64,000 nucleotides of DNA from Novakomyces olei (lineage: Eukaryota), in the NCBI GenBank assembly GCA_016906335.1, contig JADEYG010000015.1, positions 682,001 to 746,000 of the forward strand, read 5' to 3'. The notes beneath the pieces were generated by a model. That model saw only the letters and a list, made by a program, of their open reading frames with translations. It made no database searches and was not told the origin of the DNA. This document shows positions 50,261-61,904 of this stretch, in pieces (position 1 is the stretch's first letter; every line of letters begins with the position of its first letter). The position numbers and the translations under genes are program-made.

Positions 50261-53200
50261 ATGAGCGGTAACCGCAGCGACGCCGTGCATCTCGGTTTCA
50301 CACCGCTCGAGCGCACATGGCAGCGTATGCTCGGGCCCACTCACGAGGAAACTCAAGAATTGATTGGTGAAACGGATCGTAATGACTACGGTACAAGGAG
50401 CCCACGGCAAAAGGCGTCGCGCAAGTTTGCGGCCGGCTCAACGAAACTGGGGACTTTTGCCGGATGTTTTGTGCCGACGACTTTGAATGTAGTGTATGCA
50501 TCCTTGGAAAATTTGGTTTATATTTCTGAAATTATACACATCACTAACAGCTTCTTTACTAGTTCTATTTTGCTGTTTTTACGTTTCACTTTTATCATTG
50601 GTCAAACAGGGTTCATCGGTGCCACGGCTATGCTTATTATCTCGTACAGCGTAAACTTGCTATCGACACTTTCTATTAGTGCCATTTGCTCGAATGGAAT
50701 TGTCCGGAAGGGTGGCGTGTACTACGCCATCTCACGCACGCTCGGACCTGAATTTGGGGGGTCGATAGGGATTATGTTTTACCTTGGCCAGATCCTAAAC
50801 ACCGGTATGAATGTTGCTGGATTTGTCGAGCCTTTGCTCCGAAATTATGGAAAGGTATATGACATTTGTATTTCGAAAGATTCACAAACTGGAGAAACCG
50901 GGGAAAGTTTTTAAAATAATGATAATATATGTGGAAGGCTATAGGAGCGGCCATGGGCCGTGTAATGCGATTTAAAATGCTTGATTTTTTTTTTGCCGCC
51001 TTTAAACTATGTTTACCTCAAACATATTTTGAAACAAACTTATACTAATAATGATAGACTCTAGGGGAACAGTCTCAGATAATTCCAGACGGATACGTAA
51101 GTCTGTTCCTTTTCTCTTTTTTCTAATATTTCTTCTTTTTCTAATAACATATGCCCTGCTAACTCTTTCCAAAGTGGTGGTCGTTCTTGTACAGCACCGT
51201 TCTTCTCATGGTGTGCACAATAGTCTCATGTTTTGGAGCCAAAGTCTTTTCGAAGACTTCAAATTTGCTTCTAATTGTGCTCACTGTTTCCTGTCTTTCC
51301 ATCCCTGCCTCAACACTGTTTGTTCGGGAGTTTGATTTAGGTGATGGACTGCGGTACATTGGCCCTAACTGGAGCACTTTTCGATCAAATTTATGGCTGC
51401 ATTTACGTGATGGGGCGGCCGGTAGTGAGCGGGGACATGTCACAATTTCCTCAGTATTCGGTGTCTTTTATCCGGCGACAGCAGGGTACTTCGCCGGCTC
51501 CTCCATGTCTGGAGACTTGCGAAACCCAAGCAGGTCTATCCCATTGGGCACACTGTACTCTCTACTGACTACCTTTACGCTTTATTTCGTTATAATCGCT
51601 AGTGTCTCTGCCAGCATTCCTCGGCAAGTCCTTTACTCTGATGCAGATGCTTTGCAAAATGTAAATGTGGCACCTGTGCTCGTACTCCTCGGAGCTCTTT
51701 CGTCCGCCTTGTTTAGTTCTATTATGGGCATTGTTGGAGCAGCAAAGCTCCTGGAGGCGATTGCCAGGGACGATTTAATTCCGATTTTCCGTGTTTTTGC
51801 AATGAAATCAGCGCGTACGGGTGAGCCAGTACGCGCTATATTAGTCTCATACTTGATTGTGCAGGTAGCTATCTTTGGAGACATCAATGAGCTGGGTGCC
51901 ATGATCACAATGACTTTCTTACTAACTTTTGCTATCGTCAACCTGGCCTGTCTTCTTCTCAGGCTCGCTTCCGCTCCAAATTTCCGACCTTCTTTCCACT
52001 ATTTTTCCTGGACGACTGCCACAGTCGGATTGGCAGTTAGTTTTGCCGCCATGTTCTTTGTGGATGTGCCTTATGCATCTGCAGCAACCTTGATTTCTCT
52101 TGTTCTTTTCATTGTAATTCACCATACTTGTGGACCGGAATCGCAAAAATGGGGAGACATCACCCAGTCACTGCTGTACCATCAGCTCCGCAAATATTTG
52201 CTGCGATTAGATACACGGAAAGAGCACGTAAAGTACTGGCGACCTCAAGTGCTTTTACTTGTAAATGATCCTGTCCGCTCGCGCAAGACAATTGCCTTTT
52301 GCAATGCAATCAAAAAGGGTTCCCTTTACGTACTCGGTGCTGTCGTAGTACATCAGGGCGAATTCGATCAAGTACTAGCCAAAGTGCATCAAAGACACGC
52401 AGTATTTCAACAGTCTATCGACATGACTCATATTAAAGCCTTCGTCGATGTTACTGTAGCCCCCTCGTTGGTGTGGGGAGCGCGTAGTCTCCTATTGCAG
52501 TCAGGACTCGGTGGCATGCGTCCAAACATTGTTGTAATGGGGTTTTATGATCGGCTTACTAAAGTATCTCCGGACGGCATTTTATTGGATCCGCAATTAA
52601 TTGAAGATGCAAACACTCGGCCAGATGCTTGTCATTCTCAAAACCCAAATACTAATTCCAGTTCTTCCTCTGCTTCGGACAACTCGTGCCCCAGTTTATG
52701 TGACTGGATGCATATTGTGGAGGACACGTTGGCTGGAGCCTTTAATGTGATGATCACTAAAGCCTTCTCTCAGCTGCAGTTACCGGAGGAGGTGACGGAT
52801 ACCCGATGCATCGACCTTTGGCCCATACAAATGTCGTGTGCAAATGATGCAGATGAGAGGGTAACGACGATAAATGCTGATACGTACACGATGATTCTAC
52901 AGTGTGGGTACATTCTCCACACGGTCCCCGTATGGAGAAGGTATAAGCTACGCGTCTTAATCTTTGTTGAACACGCTAGCCAGATTCAGGAGGAGCAGAT
53001 GAGGCTGCAAGAGCTTTTAAAAAGGCTGCGAATTAGTGCAGAGACCCATGTAATTGCTCTAGACTGGCCACAAAATGCAATTTACCAGACAATCGTTCGC
53101 GGCTCTCCAGTAGCAGAAGCGTACGTGCATTGCATGTTGGGCTCTCACGAGTGGAGCAGGATCAAAGCCAGACAGGATCAGCAAGCTCAGCACCGGCTGA

Positions 53201-53739
53201 AGAGTGCAAGCAAGCCGGCCCTGACCAGCTGGAATGGTGACCTAGGGCAAAAGGCTCGCCGACGGAGAAGCCTTTCCTCTGTGCCCCCAGTGAGCAGGCC
53301 ACTGAGCATGCGACTAATGCCTTTTATTCCGGTAGTGGAGGATTCCGATAGTGACGAGGACGAGCGGCTGAGCAGTACACTGAGCTTGGACCATTCCAAT
53401 GCTTTTGACCAGCTCGGCAATACAGAGGAAAGCATTGACCCTCAACTGCACAGAACTGACGAATTGCAGCAAGACGTACTCGAGACGGAGAGCTTATTGT
53501 CCTTCAATTCGCTGCCGCCAAGGGCACAGTACATGATTTTGAACGAAGTAATGAGACGGTATAGTGGCACAGAGGAAACGGCTGTAACGCTGACGACACT
53601 GCCGGCACCGCCTCAGCATTGCTGGAGGTCACGAGCACAGAGTGCTGACTGGATTTATAACATGAACATCCTCACACAAAATTTGGGTGCAGTCGCCCTG
53701 GTTCACAGTAAATCGTTGACTGTAACGACAAGCTTGTAG
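50261..53739 (+). CDS. SLC12 cation-chloride cotransporter (Vhc1-like), 4 exons
   Basis: Motifs KLGTF.G.FVPTTLNV, ISRTLGPEFGGSIG, SMSGDLRNPS.SIP.GT, SAPNFRPSF, RKEHVKYWRPQ, GLGGMRPN, LWPIQM. Confidence 0.93.
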
Positions 53740-54102
53740 TTTGCATTATAACTGCCTTGCATAGTCTCTAATTTGTGAAAGTTTTATCTACCATCCAAAT
53801 TTTTATTGTTTAATTATATTGTAACTATTGCTTTGACAGCAAATTGGACAGCAAATTGTTGTTAATGGTTTGCTGACGCACACGTGCCATCGCTGGCTGT
53901 CGTGTATGTGTTTATTAGCGACGTTTTGTTACAATACCAAAGAAATGCCCACCGACTACAAGTCTACTTGGCAGACAGTTATTGGTCCTCGGTCTAATAA
54001 CCCAAGTGTAGCCTAAAATAATCCAGAATTGAATTTGCATCTGATTATAGATTAACCCACTACGTTACTTACTGGCGCTTTTGGCGCTATCCTGCCCCGC
54101 AA

Positions 54103-54192
54103 TGACGTGATTTACACAAAGCAGTAATATGTCGCTCGCAATAAGGTCTAGAGTACGTCAAAATTACCTATTTACTATGCCGATAATATAAA
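54103..54192 (+). promoter_or_regulatory. CRE-like (TGACGT) sites and TATA box upstream of peroxiredoxin
   Basis: TGACGT 54103, TACGTCA 54154, TATAAA about 54187. Atf1-type stress control is inferred. Confidence 0.4.
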
Positions 54193-54256
54193 TATATTAA
54201 CTGGTCCTGTCAAGCGGCAAATTAATCATCTTCATCTTCATCATCACCAGACAATT

Positions 54257-54913
54257 ATGCCTGCTCTTCGATTGGGATCAGACGCGCCAAACTTTACGGC
54301 CAAAGCCACTGAGGTCGGCGAGCTAAACTTGTATGATTACGCTGGCAATGACTGGCTGATCTTTTTTTCCCACCCGGCAGACCGTACGCCTGTCTGCACG
54401 ACTGAGCTGGGTGAGATCTCTCGTTTGGCTGACGAATTCAAACGCCGCAATGTTAAACTGCTGGGATTGAGCGCCAATGGCCTCGAATCTCACAAGGACT
54501 GGGTCAAGGACATCAATGAAGTTGCTCACACCGACTTGCATTTTCCCATTGTGGCCGATCCTGAACGCAAAGTCGCTTTACTCTACGACATGATCGATGA
54601 GCAAGACGCTACCAATGTGGACGAGAAGGGGATTGCCTTTACTATTCGCTCTGTGTTCTTTATCGATCCAAAGAAGAAGATTCGCACTATTTTGCAGTAC
54701 CCAGCCAGCACCGGTCGCAATGCAAGCGAAATTTTGCGCGTAATTGACGCTCTACAGACTTCTGACCGCTATGGTGTGACTACGCCGGTTAATTGGCAAC
54801 CGGGTGATGATGCGATAGTGCCGCCTACCGTATCTGACGATAAGGCAAAGGAGCTGTTTCCCAACTTTCGCTCGGTCAAGCCTTATCTGCGTTTTACCCC
54901 GCTGCCAAAGTAG
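54257..54913 (+). CDS. PRX1: 1-Cys peroxiredoxin (Prx6 family), no mitochondrial presequence
   Basis: Motifs FSHPAD.TPVCTTE, YPASTGRN, TPVNW.PG, KPYLRFT. Confidence 0.95.
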   Translation: MPALRLGSDAPNFTAKATEVGELNLYDYAGNDWLIFFSHPADRTPVCTTELGEISRLADEFKRRNVKLLGLSANGLESHKDWVKDINEVAHTDLHFPIVADPERKVALLYDMIDEQDATNVDEKGIAFTIRSVFFIDPKKKIRTILQYPASTGRNASEILRVIDALQTSDRYGVTTPVNWQPGDDAIVPPTVSDDKAKELFPNFRSVKPYLRFTPLPK

Positions 54914-55913
54914 GTAATTCATATACTCTCCTTTGGTGTGGAAAAGCGTAATTCAAAAAGTAGAATATTAAAAATTTAATGAGGATTTTAAAATTGGCCT
55001 ATTGAGTATCTATCCAAAGGCGGCGAGTAGAATCTTTTTTTTTTTTTTGCTGTAGCGTTGTAATTTGAAAACCTGTCACGTTTCTTTAGATGATAATGAT
55101 TGATGAAGTAACGCCGATACAGGGTCGAGTCTATAGAACGAGTGACTTTATTGTGAATGCTAAAAGCGCAAAAGACGTCAGATCCGCAAAGCACACGCAA
55201 TAACGTGAGAAAGTGTATTTGGATCTTCTTTCCAACGAACGTCAGCAAGTGAGACTCCATTGATTGGAAAGAAATATTGTTCGAAATATTATATAATATT
55301 ATTATTATTGTATGTGCAATAGACTTCTCTATCCCGTCGCGTGTAAATTGTGCCCTACGAGATTACTTGGCAAAATTAACGCAAAACCGGCGAAATCGCA
55401 ATCGCGTGCTTAGCCAACGCGTTTGCGTCGCCCGAGACTTCGGCGGTGTCTACCAATGAAATTCGTTATGGGCATATGTAAACATAAGCAAATGCCAAAC
55501 GTCTTTCCTATAGACAAACTGATGGACGGATTGCATTTATAAAATCTTTGCAGCAGGTAATTTGCATTATCAACAGCCAGAATTTCTCCCGCTGCACTGT
55601 ATTATTTTAGTATGTCAGGTGCGAGCGATATGGGCATATCTCCATCTTTATCACGCTTTTGGTGGGTACCCGAAATCTTGTCTGCGAAGAAATAGGAGAC
55701 TTATTTAGTGAGCCCTGAATATATGGAGACCTGATATGACCATATTGTGCTTATTCTGTCTTTATTTCGTCGAGTACTTGCTATAGAATGATACTTAAAA
55801 AATACGATTGATTATCTTATCCTTGACATTCGTGATTTTTTATCGCGCTGTATCCAAAATTTTTTATATATATATTTCCTCAACAAACACAATCCACTAG
55901 AGCAAAAAAAGCC

Positions 55914-57503
55914 ATGAGCGAGACTGAAACGTTTCTCTTTACTTCCGAGTCTGTCGGCGAAGGCCACCCCGACAAGGTACGCGTGCTATACCCTAATTTT
56001 TTGATGTGTCTTGCTATTCCACGATCTTTTTCAGCAACTGGTGTTTGCCTTTAGACGCCTATTTTCGCAAAGTCGCTAGTCCAAGCACTTGTCGGAAACT
56101 CTTCACAAGCGTCTGAAAATTTGGTCCAACACGGAAATGAAATGAAATCGATTTCAATTCTTTTATTCACAATTTCTTTACTTTTTTACGCGACCATTTG
56201 TTTAGCTGTGCCTGTGTTTATTGCCATTATTCTGTATAATTCCGCTATTTTGCTGTTGCCTTTCTACACAAAATGCTCTATATTAATGTTATTTAATATT
56301 TATTAATCCTCGTTGGCCACGTATTTTACACGCAATCCGCCACGTCCCTTTTTCCATTATTTTTTACGTCGAATTTATTATAATAAATTTTCTGTCAACT
56401 AACGCCCGCAGATCTGTGACCAAGTTTCCGATGCCATTCTCGATGAGTGTCTCCGAACTGATTCCCTGTCAAAAGTGGCGTGCGAGACTGCGGCCAAGAC
56501 GGGTATGATTATGGTCTTTGGTGAGATCACGACGAAGGCGGAGATAGATTTCCAGCGCGTTATTCGCGACACAATAAAGCATATCGGCTACGACGATTCC
56601 AACAAAGGCTTTGACTACAAGACATGCTCCGTGCTTGTAGCTATCGAGAAGCAGTCTCAAGAGATTGCTCAGGGTCTGCATTATGACCGCAAATTGGAAG
56701 AGCTTGGTGCCGGTGACCAAGGTATCATGTTCGGCTATGCTACGGACGAGACGGAACAGCTTTTGCCCCTTACAATTGTGCTGGCGCACAAGCTCAACGA
56801 GTACATGAGCCGCGGCCGTCGTGATGGAACCCTGCCTTATCTGCTCCCAGACACAAAGACTCAGGTTACGGTTGAGTATAAGAAAGTTAACGGTGCACTT
56901 ATTCCTCTACGTGTGGACACTGTCGTCATCTCTGCACAGCATGTAGAGCACATCACCACGGAAGATCTTCGAAACGAGCTGCTGGAGAAAGTTATCAAGA
57001 AGGTTATCCCGGCTAATCTACTGGACGAGCGTACAGTCTACCATCTCCAGCCTTCTGGCCGATTTACTATCGGTGGACCGCAAGGCGATGCTGGCCTCAC
57101 TGGCCGCAAGATCATTGTTGACACTTATGGTGGTCACGCTCCTCATGGCGGTGGAGCTTTCTCTGGAAAGGACTTTAGCAAAGTAGACAGGTCCGGTGCT
57201 TATGCTGCCCGCTGGGTCGCCAAGTCGCTGGTTGCCGCTGGTCTGTGTAAGCGTGTGACTGTTCAGTCATCCTATGCCATCGGCGTCCCAGAGCCAGTCT
57301 CGCTGTATGTCGACTCGCACGGAACTGGCAAGGTCTCTGATCATGAACTGCTGCAGGTGATTAAGAGAAATTTTGATTTACGCCCAGGTATCATCGTCCG
57401 TGAACTCGGACTCGACCGGCCTATTTATGCCCAGACGGCTAGCAATGGGCATTTCACCAATCCGGATTTCCCTTGGGAGAAACCAAAGAAATTGAACTTT
57501 TAG
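55914..57503 (+). CDS. SAM1: S-adenosylmethionine synthetase, 2 exons
   Basis: Motifs FLFTSESVGEGHPDK|ICDQVSD, GAGDQG, GGPQGDAGLTGRKII, GGGAFSGKD. Intron 55977-56411. Confidence 0.98.
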
Positions 57504-59622
57504 ACGGGCAAGTGTATGGGTTTGAAAGTTTAGGAGCGGGGATTCTTTGCTGGTTCTAGCGGACTGCTTTTCTATCTGTCCGGTGCATGTTGTTGCGACC
57601 CAGACTTTTGGACTCGTGGTCAACTGAGCCAGGGAGCTTCTGCTGAAACCTCTTGTAAATTCTCAAAGCCAAAGACGATCCTCCTGTTTCTTCTCCTTTT
57701 TAATTCTTGTTACCAGTCTTCCGTTTACCGTTGCGTGAAACTGGAAGCCCTAGATCTGTTTTAATTTGTTTTATTTATTTTTGTTTGTTGAAACCCATTC
57801 TCTGCTTCAATTGTCGCTGTTCAATCATTTACATTGCCGTTCAGGAATGACGGTTATAATAATTGTATTTTGATTATATTTTGTTTATTCCTACTTATCA
57901 GACTCGACATTGATTGGCATGAGACCTGGCATTGAATGCAGCTGTGTCTTCAACCGACATTGGCTCATAAATTGTCAGAGGGTATAGAAAATGATGCAAT
58001 GAGCATCTATAATTTCACGTTATTTTTTTTCCTATTTATTTTATATTGTTTTATTATATATGGCCACGCGTGGGCTATATAGGCCTATTTGACTAATTTT
58101 GAGAATTGTTTCTGGGAATTGGTTTATTTACAAATTTGTCGCGCAGGTCACGACAATTCCAAAATTCAAAAGGGGAAAAGTGTCGGCAGACTACGGGGTG
58201 GAGGGTAAAGTATACGCTCCCGGCCGTAATGGATGGATCAAGCGCGATTTCACACAGGACAGACCTGGTGCTGTGTGGGCGTGCTGCTTTAGTACTTAGA
58301 TCGTATGCTTACGCATAGGCAGAATTTCAACATTCACTGTAACAATATCGGCCCTGTCGCACTGTAAAATAATTGTCCACTAGTGACTCTGGTGGACGTG
58401 TAACGAACGGGTTTATTGCCCAACCATTACTTGTAATGTTCCTGTAATTTTACGGTAAAGGCGGTTTGTTGTACGCCAAGAATAAGCTATACCAAGAAAT
58501 AGTTTATCTTAAATTTTCAGAGAAAGTTCTATGCTGGTAACCACCCGGCCCTTACTAGATCATACAGTGCACAGCACTAACCCGATTGGGCTGGCGGCGG
58601 TTGACATTCGATTCAATAGTCTCAATCGGGCAAGACGTTGACTAGTGACTGGAAAAGTTCTCCAGTCACGTGTAGCTGGGGTATCCCTTTACATCAGTCA
58701 TTTGCTTTGCACTAGTCCCTATAGACGGCGCGCGTCTATTTTTAAATACTATTTCAGGAGCGTTCGATGTGACGACTGTTTGCAGCGCTTTTTCTGTCTA
58801 CACCTCCAGTGATCTCCGCAGATATGTGCCCTAATATATCGCGAATGGTGTTGCCAATATGCATCCGGTGATCGCCAAGTCCAATCGTCAAGTCGCTTTC
58901 CCTTTGCGTAAGTCATACTTACATCTCGCGTATATTTCAATAATTCCAATAAGATCTCCCTTACAAATGAAATGTCTCACATCCTGCAGCTATGTAACCG
59001 TCAACCGGTACATCAACCCACTCTATGACTTGGTAGAGGCTTGCCATCGTCGCCTCTACCAAGTCATAGGACTCTTGTACAACTATAAATCACGGCGAAC
59101 CCCACTTGTACCGTTGGTGTGCCATTCCCGTAGTCTTACAGGAACCTATATAAAGCTGCAAAAGACTGTACTTCCAAGAGGCGCAGAGCGAACGCCCATC
59201 TCCATCTACTCCTCACTCACCTTCTACTTTAATCGGGCGCGCTATTGCTTGTCGGTCCGATTTCACGGAACTAGTACACGCACACTTTTAGCACTAGATT
59301 CCACACTTGTCGTTCGGCTGCTCGCTAAATAGTGAAATAGGTTGAGCTCATCTCTTCCATTACCAACACGTGCTCGGCTATTTTTACTCCGATCAAGGGC
59401 TTGGCCATTGACGCAGATTCTTGCTTTCCAACAATCAACGACTTTTACTGCTAGTCTTGTACTTAACTTTTTGGCCACGTCATTGGGCAGTGCTTGGCCG
59501 GCAATTTTCCTATTTTTACTGCCTCTATCATTCTCCACCTTTTGACAGTACTGTTTGACAGTTACTGTTCCTTTTCCTTTCCTCCCTATCCTCTACGTTG
59601 CAGCTAGCCTACTTGTGCAGCC

Positions 59623-61374
59623 ATGAAGCCGTTCCTGCTTTTGCTGGGAGGAGCCTCCCTCGTCTGTGGAGCAGAGCTGCTACATATCCCGCTTCGGCGT
59701 GAAGCCCCCGCTGAACTGACCTTTGCAGATTTGGACCGCGAGGCTGCTTATGTGCAGGCAAAGTACGGAGCCTCCCGCTTCAGCAAGCGTGACAATATCA
59801 ATGTTCCATTGCTGGATCTCGTTTCGGGCGGACGCGATTTAATGTACCAGGTCCCGTTGCAAATCGGCACTCCTCCGCAAACGTTCTACGTCCAACTGGA
59901 CACGGGATCTTCCGACATTTGGGTGCCCGATATCGGATGCAGTTCGTGTAATACGTCAACTGCCCTCCTCTTTGACGGCCAATCCTCGTCCACGTACCAC
60001 ACTGACGGCAGTACTGCCCAGCTGACTTATGGTATCGGTGCCGCTCAGGTCACGAATGGAACAGACACGATTTCCCTGGCAAATCTGTCTGTCGAGAACA
60101 TGGTGTTTGGATCGGCCACGGACGAGTATGACCAGGTGTACCCGGTGGCCCTCGGTATTATGGGCGTCGGGTTCCCTCACAATTCTCGTCTCGGCGGGGC
60201 CACTTTTGTTACCCGTGCGTTTGAAGACGGCTTAATTAGTGCGCCCGTCTTTGCACTAAACCTAAACAGCTACGCCACATCCCGCGGGTCCCGTGATTAT
60301 ACGGGCAACGTGATCACTCTGGGCGGGTATGACCCGGCCAGTGTTGATGGCGATCTCGATTTTATCCAAGGCAGCAATCAGGACTTTTACGTTGTGCCCT
60401 TCCACGGGTTTTCCGTTGACGGGGACACTGTCGGCTCTGACGAAGCAGTCCCGGCTATCTTGGACTCGGGCACTACTCTGGCTTACGGCCCTGATCGTCA
60501 GGTCCTGAGCTTCTACGAGCAGTTCCCACAGGCCAGCGTGGAAGAGGGCTACTACTACTTTCCCTGTGATGACGTACCAGACGTCTCCTTCATCATTAAT
60601 GGCCGCGCTTACCCGCTGACCGCTCAAGATTTGGTAAACGAAGCCATTGGCTCTGATGGTGTTCGCTACTGCATCGGCTCCATTCAAACCTCGAGCCTGT
60701 CCCTTGACTCTTCCGCTCAGGAAGCTTGGCTGCTGGGTGACGTCATTTTGAAGAACGTCATCTCCGTGTTTGATCTGGCCACTAACCGCATTGGCCTCGG
60801 CCGCAAGACTAACGGGTCCACCGTCGATGGGGAGTACAGTGTGCTTCCAGACAGAGTGCTGACTGATGCGCTTGGCAGTGGGACCGGAGGACCTGCGACC
60901 TATGTGCCCTACTATCCTTCTACTGGATTCGATCTTTCCGGGCTCCCAGACGTTAGCACTGAAGTGATTGCTACCACCGATTTCGACTTTACCGCTGAGA
61001 CTGTGCTCAGTACGCCCGCTGATATGGTGGCCACTCAAGTCTACTGGAGCGTTATTAGTGGAGTAGCCACGGGCCTCGATGGCTCACTCTTCGTGACTGG
61101 GCCTGCGTCTGGGCTTTACCCTACTCTTACGGCCAATCCGGTGGCCGTTACTGCTGCCGCCTCTGGTGCACACTCAGGACGCAGTGGAGGACCCGTTAGT
61201 GCTGGCCCTGGACAGTCTGCCGCCAGCTCTGAGAGCGGTTCTGGGTCGGCTAGCTCCGCTAGCGGATCTGCCACTGCCGCTGCTCAAGACTCTGGAGCTT
61301 CCATGACAGTAGCTGCCTCTATTTCGTCAGTGGCGGCTTTTGTCGCTGCAGGAATGCTATTTGTCCTGTTTTGA
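59623..61374 (+). CDS. GPI-anchored pepsin-like aspartic protease (yapsin-like)
   Basis: Signal peptide, KR propeptide site, DTGSS and DSGTT catalytic motifs, S/T-rich stalk, hydrophobic C-terminal GPI signal. Confidence 0.92.
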   Translation: MKPFLLLLGGASLVCGAELLHIPLRREAPAELTFADLDREAAYVQAKYGASRFSKRDNINVPLLDLVSGGRDLMYQVPLQIGTPPQTFYVQLDTGSSDIWVPDIGCSSCNTSTALLFDGQSSSTYHTDGSTAQLTYGIGAAQVTNGTDTISLANLSVENMVFGSATDEYDQVYPVALGIMGVGFPHNSRLGGATFVTRAFEDGLISAPVFALNLNSYATSRGSRDYTGNVITLGGYDPASVDGDLDFIQGSNQDFYVVPFHGFSVDGDTVGSDEAVPAILDSGTTLAYGPDRQVLSFYEQFPQASVEEGYYYFPCDDVPDVSFIINGRAYPLTAQDLVNEAIGSDGVRYCIGSIQTSSLSLDSSAQEAWLLGDVILKNVISVFDLATNRIGLGRKTNGSTVDGEYSVLPDRVLTDALGSGTGGPATYVPYYPSTGFDLSGLPDVSTEVIATTDFDFTAETVLSTPADMVATQVYWSVISGVATGLDGSLFVTGPASGLYPTLTANPVAVTAAASGAHSGRSGGPVSAGPGQSAASSESGSGSASSASGSATAAAQDSGASMTVAASISSVAAFVAAGMLFVLF

Positions 61375-61904
61375 ATGGAAGCGAAACTTGCGGGCTGAAA
61401 TGAAAGCAGTTTGTCCCATTATTAATCCATGTACACAGGACTATGATGCCCTCTGTGCCAGAGACAGAGAGAGCGGAAAAAAAAAAGTGACTTTTTTGAT
61501 GTATGACAGCATGTTACTACGCTCGTGTCAATAATGTAAAGTTTTCAGTGCAAAACTTGACGGGCAAGAGAGTGGTACTATTTTTATTTTTCCGGTGCTT
61601 TGAGAATAGTTGTCGTCGTGGACACATGTATATTAATGTGTATTTTTATCTGTGCAACCGCAACTGCAATTGTAAATATTATTTGTACATCGTTATCGTG
61701 CAAAACAATATTTCTTCAGTGTATTAATTTTTTATCGCTTACTATATTCATAATGCGATAAATGTACTTTATCCAACGAGCAAACATTTGATGGAATAAC
61801 TAGACTTCTTTATTACCAGTGCCAAACATCTGGACGAAACGAGCGAATGCTATAAAGACAAAAGACTATATATAATGCGTTTATACGGGTGACTGGGCGA
61901 CCGA

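Noticed and set aside
54905..54980. Cryptic peroxisomal targeting of Prx1 by readthrough
   Set aside because: TAG-GTA is a poor readthrough context and the extension ends LKI, not a PTS1.
58221..58300. GGCCGTAATGG resembling the fungal SRP RNA Alu start
   Set aside because: No helix-8 GNRA/SRP54 motif or Pol III terminator at the expected distance.
58993..59001. TGTAACCGT resembling the recalled S. pombe TER1 template
   Set aside because: A 9-mer is expected by chance in this window, and there is no upstream boundary helix.
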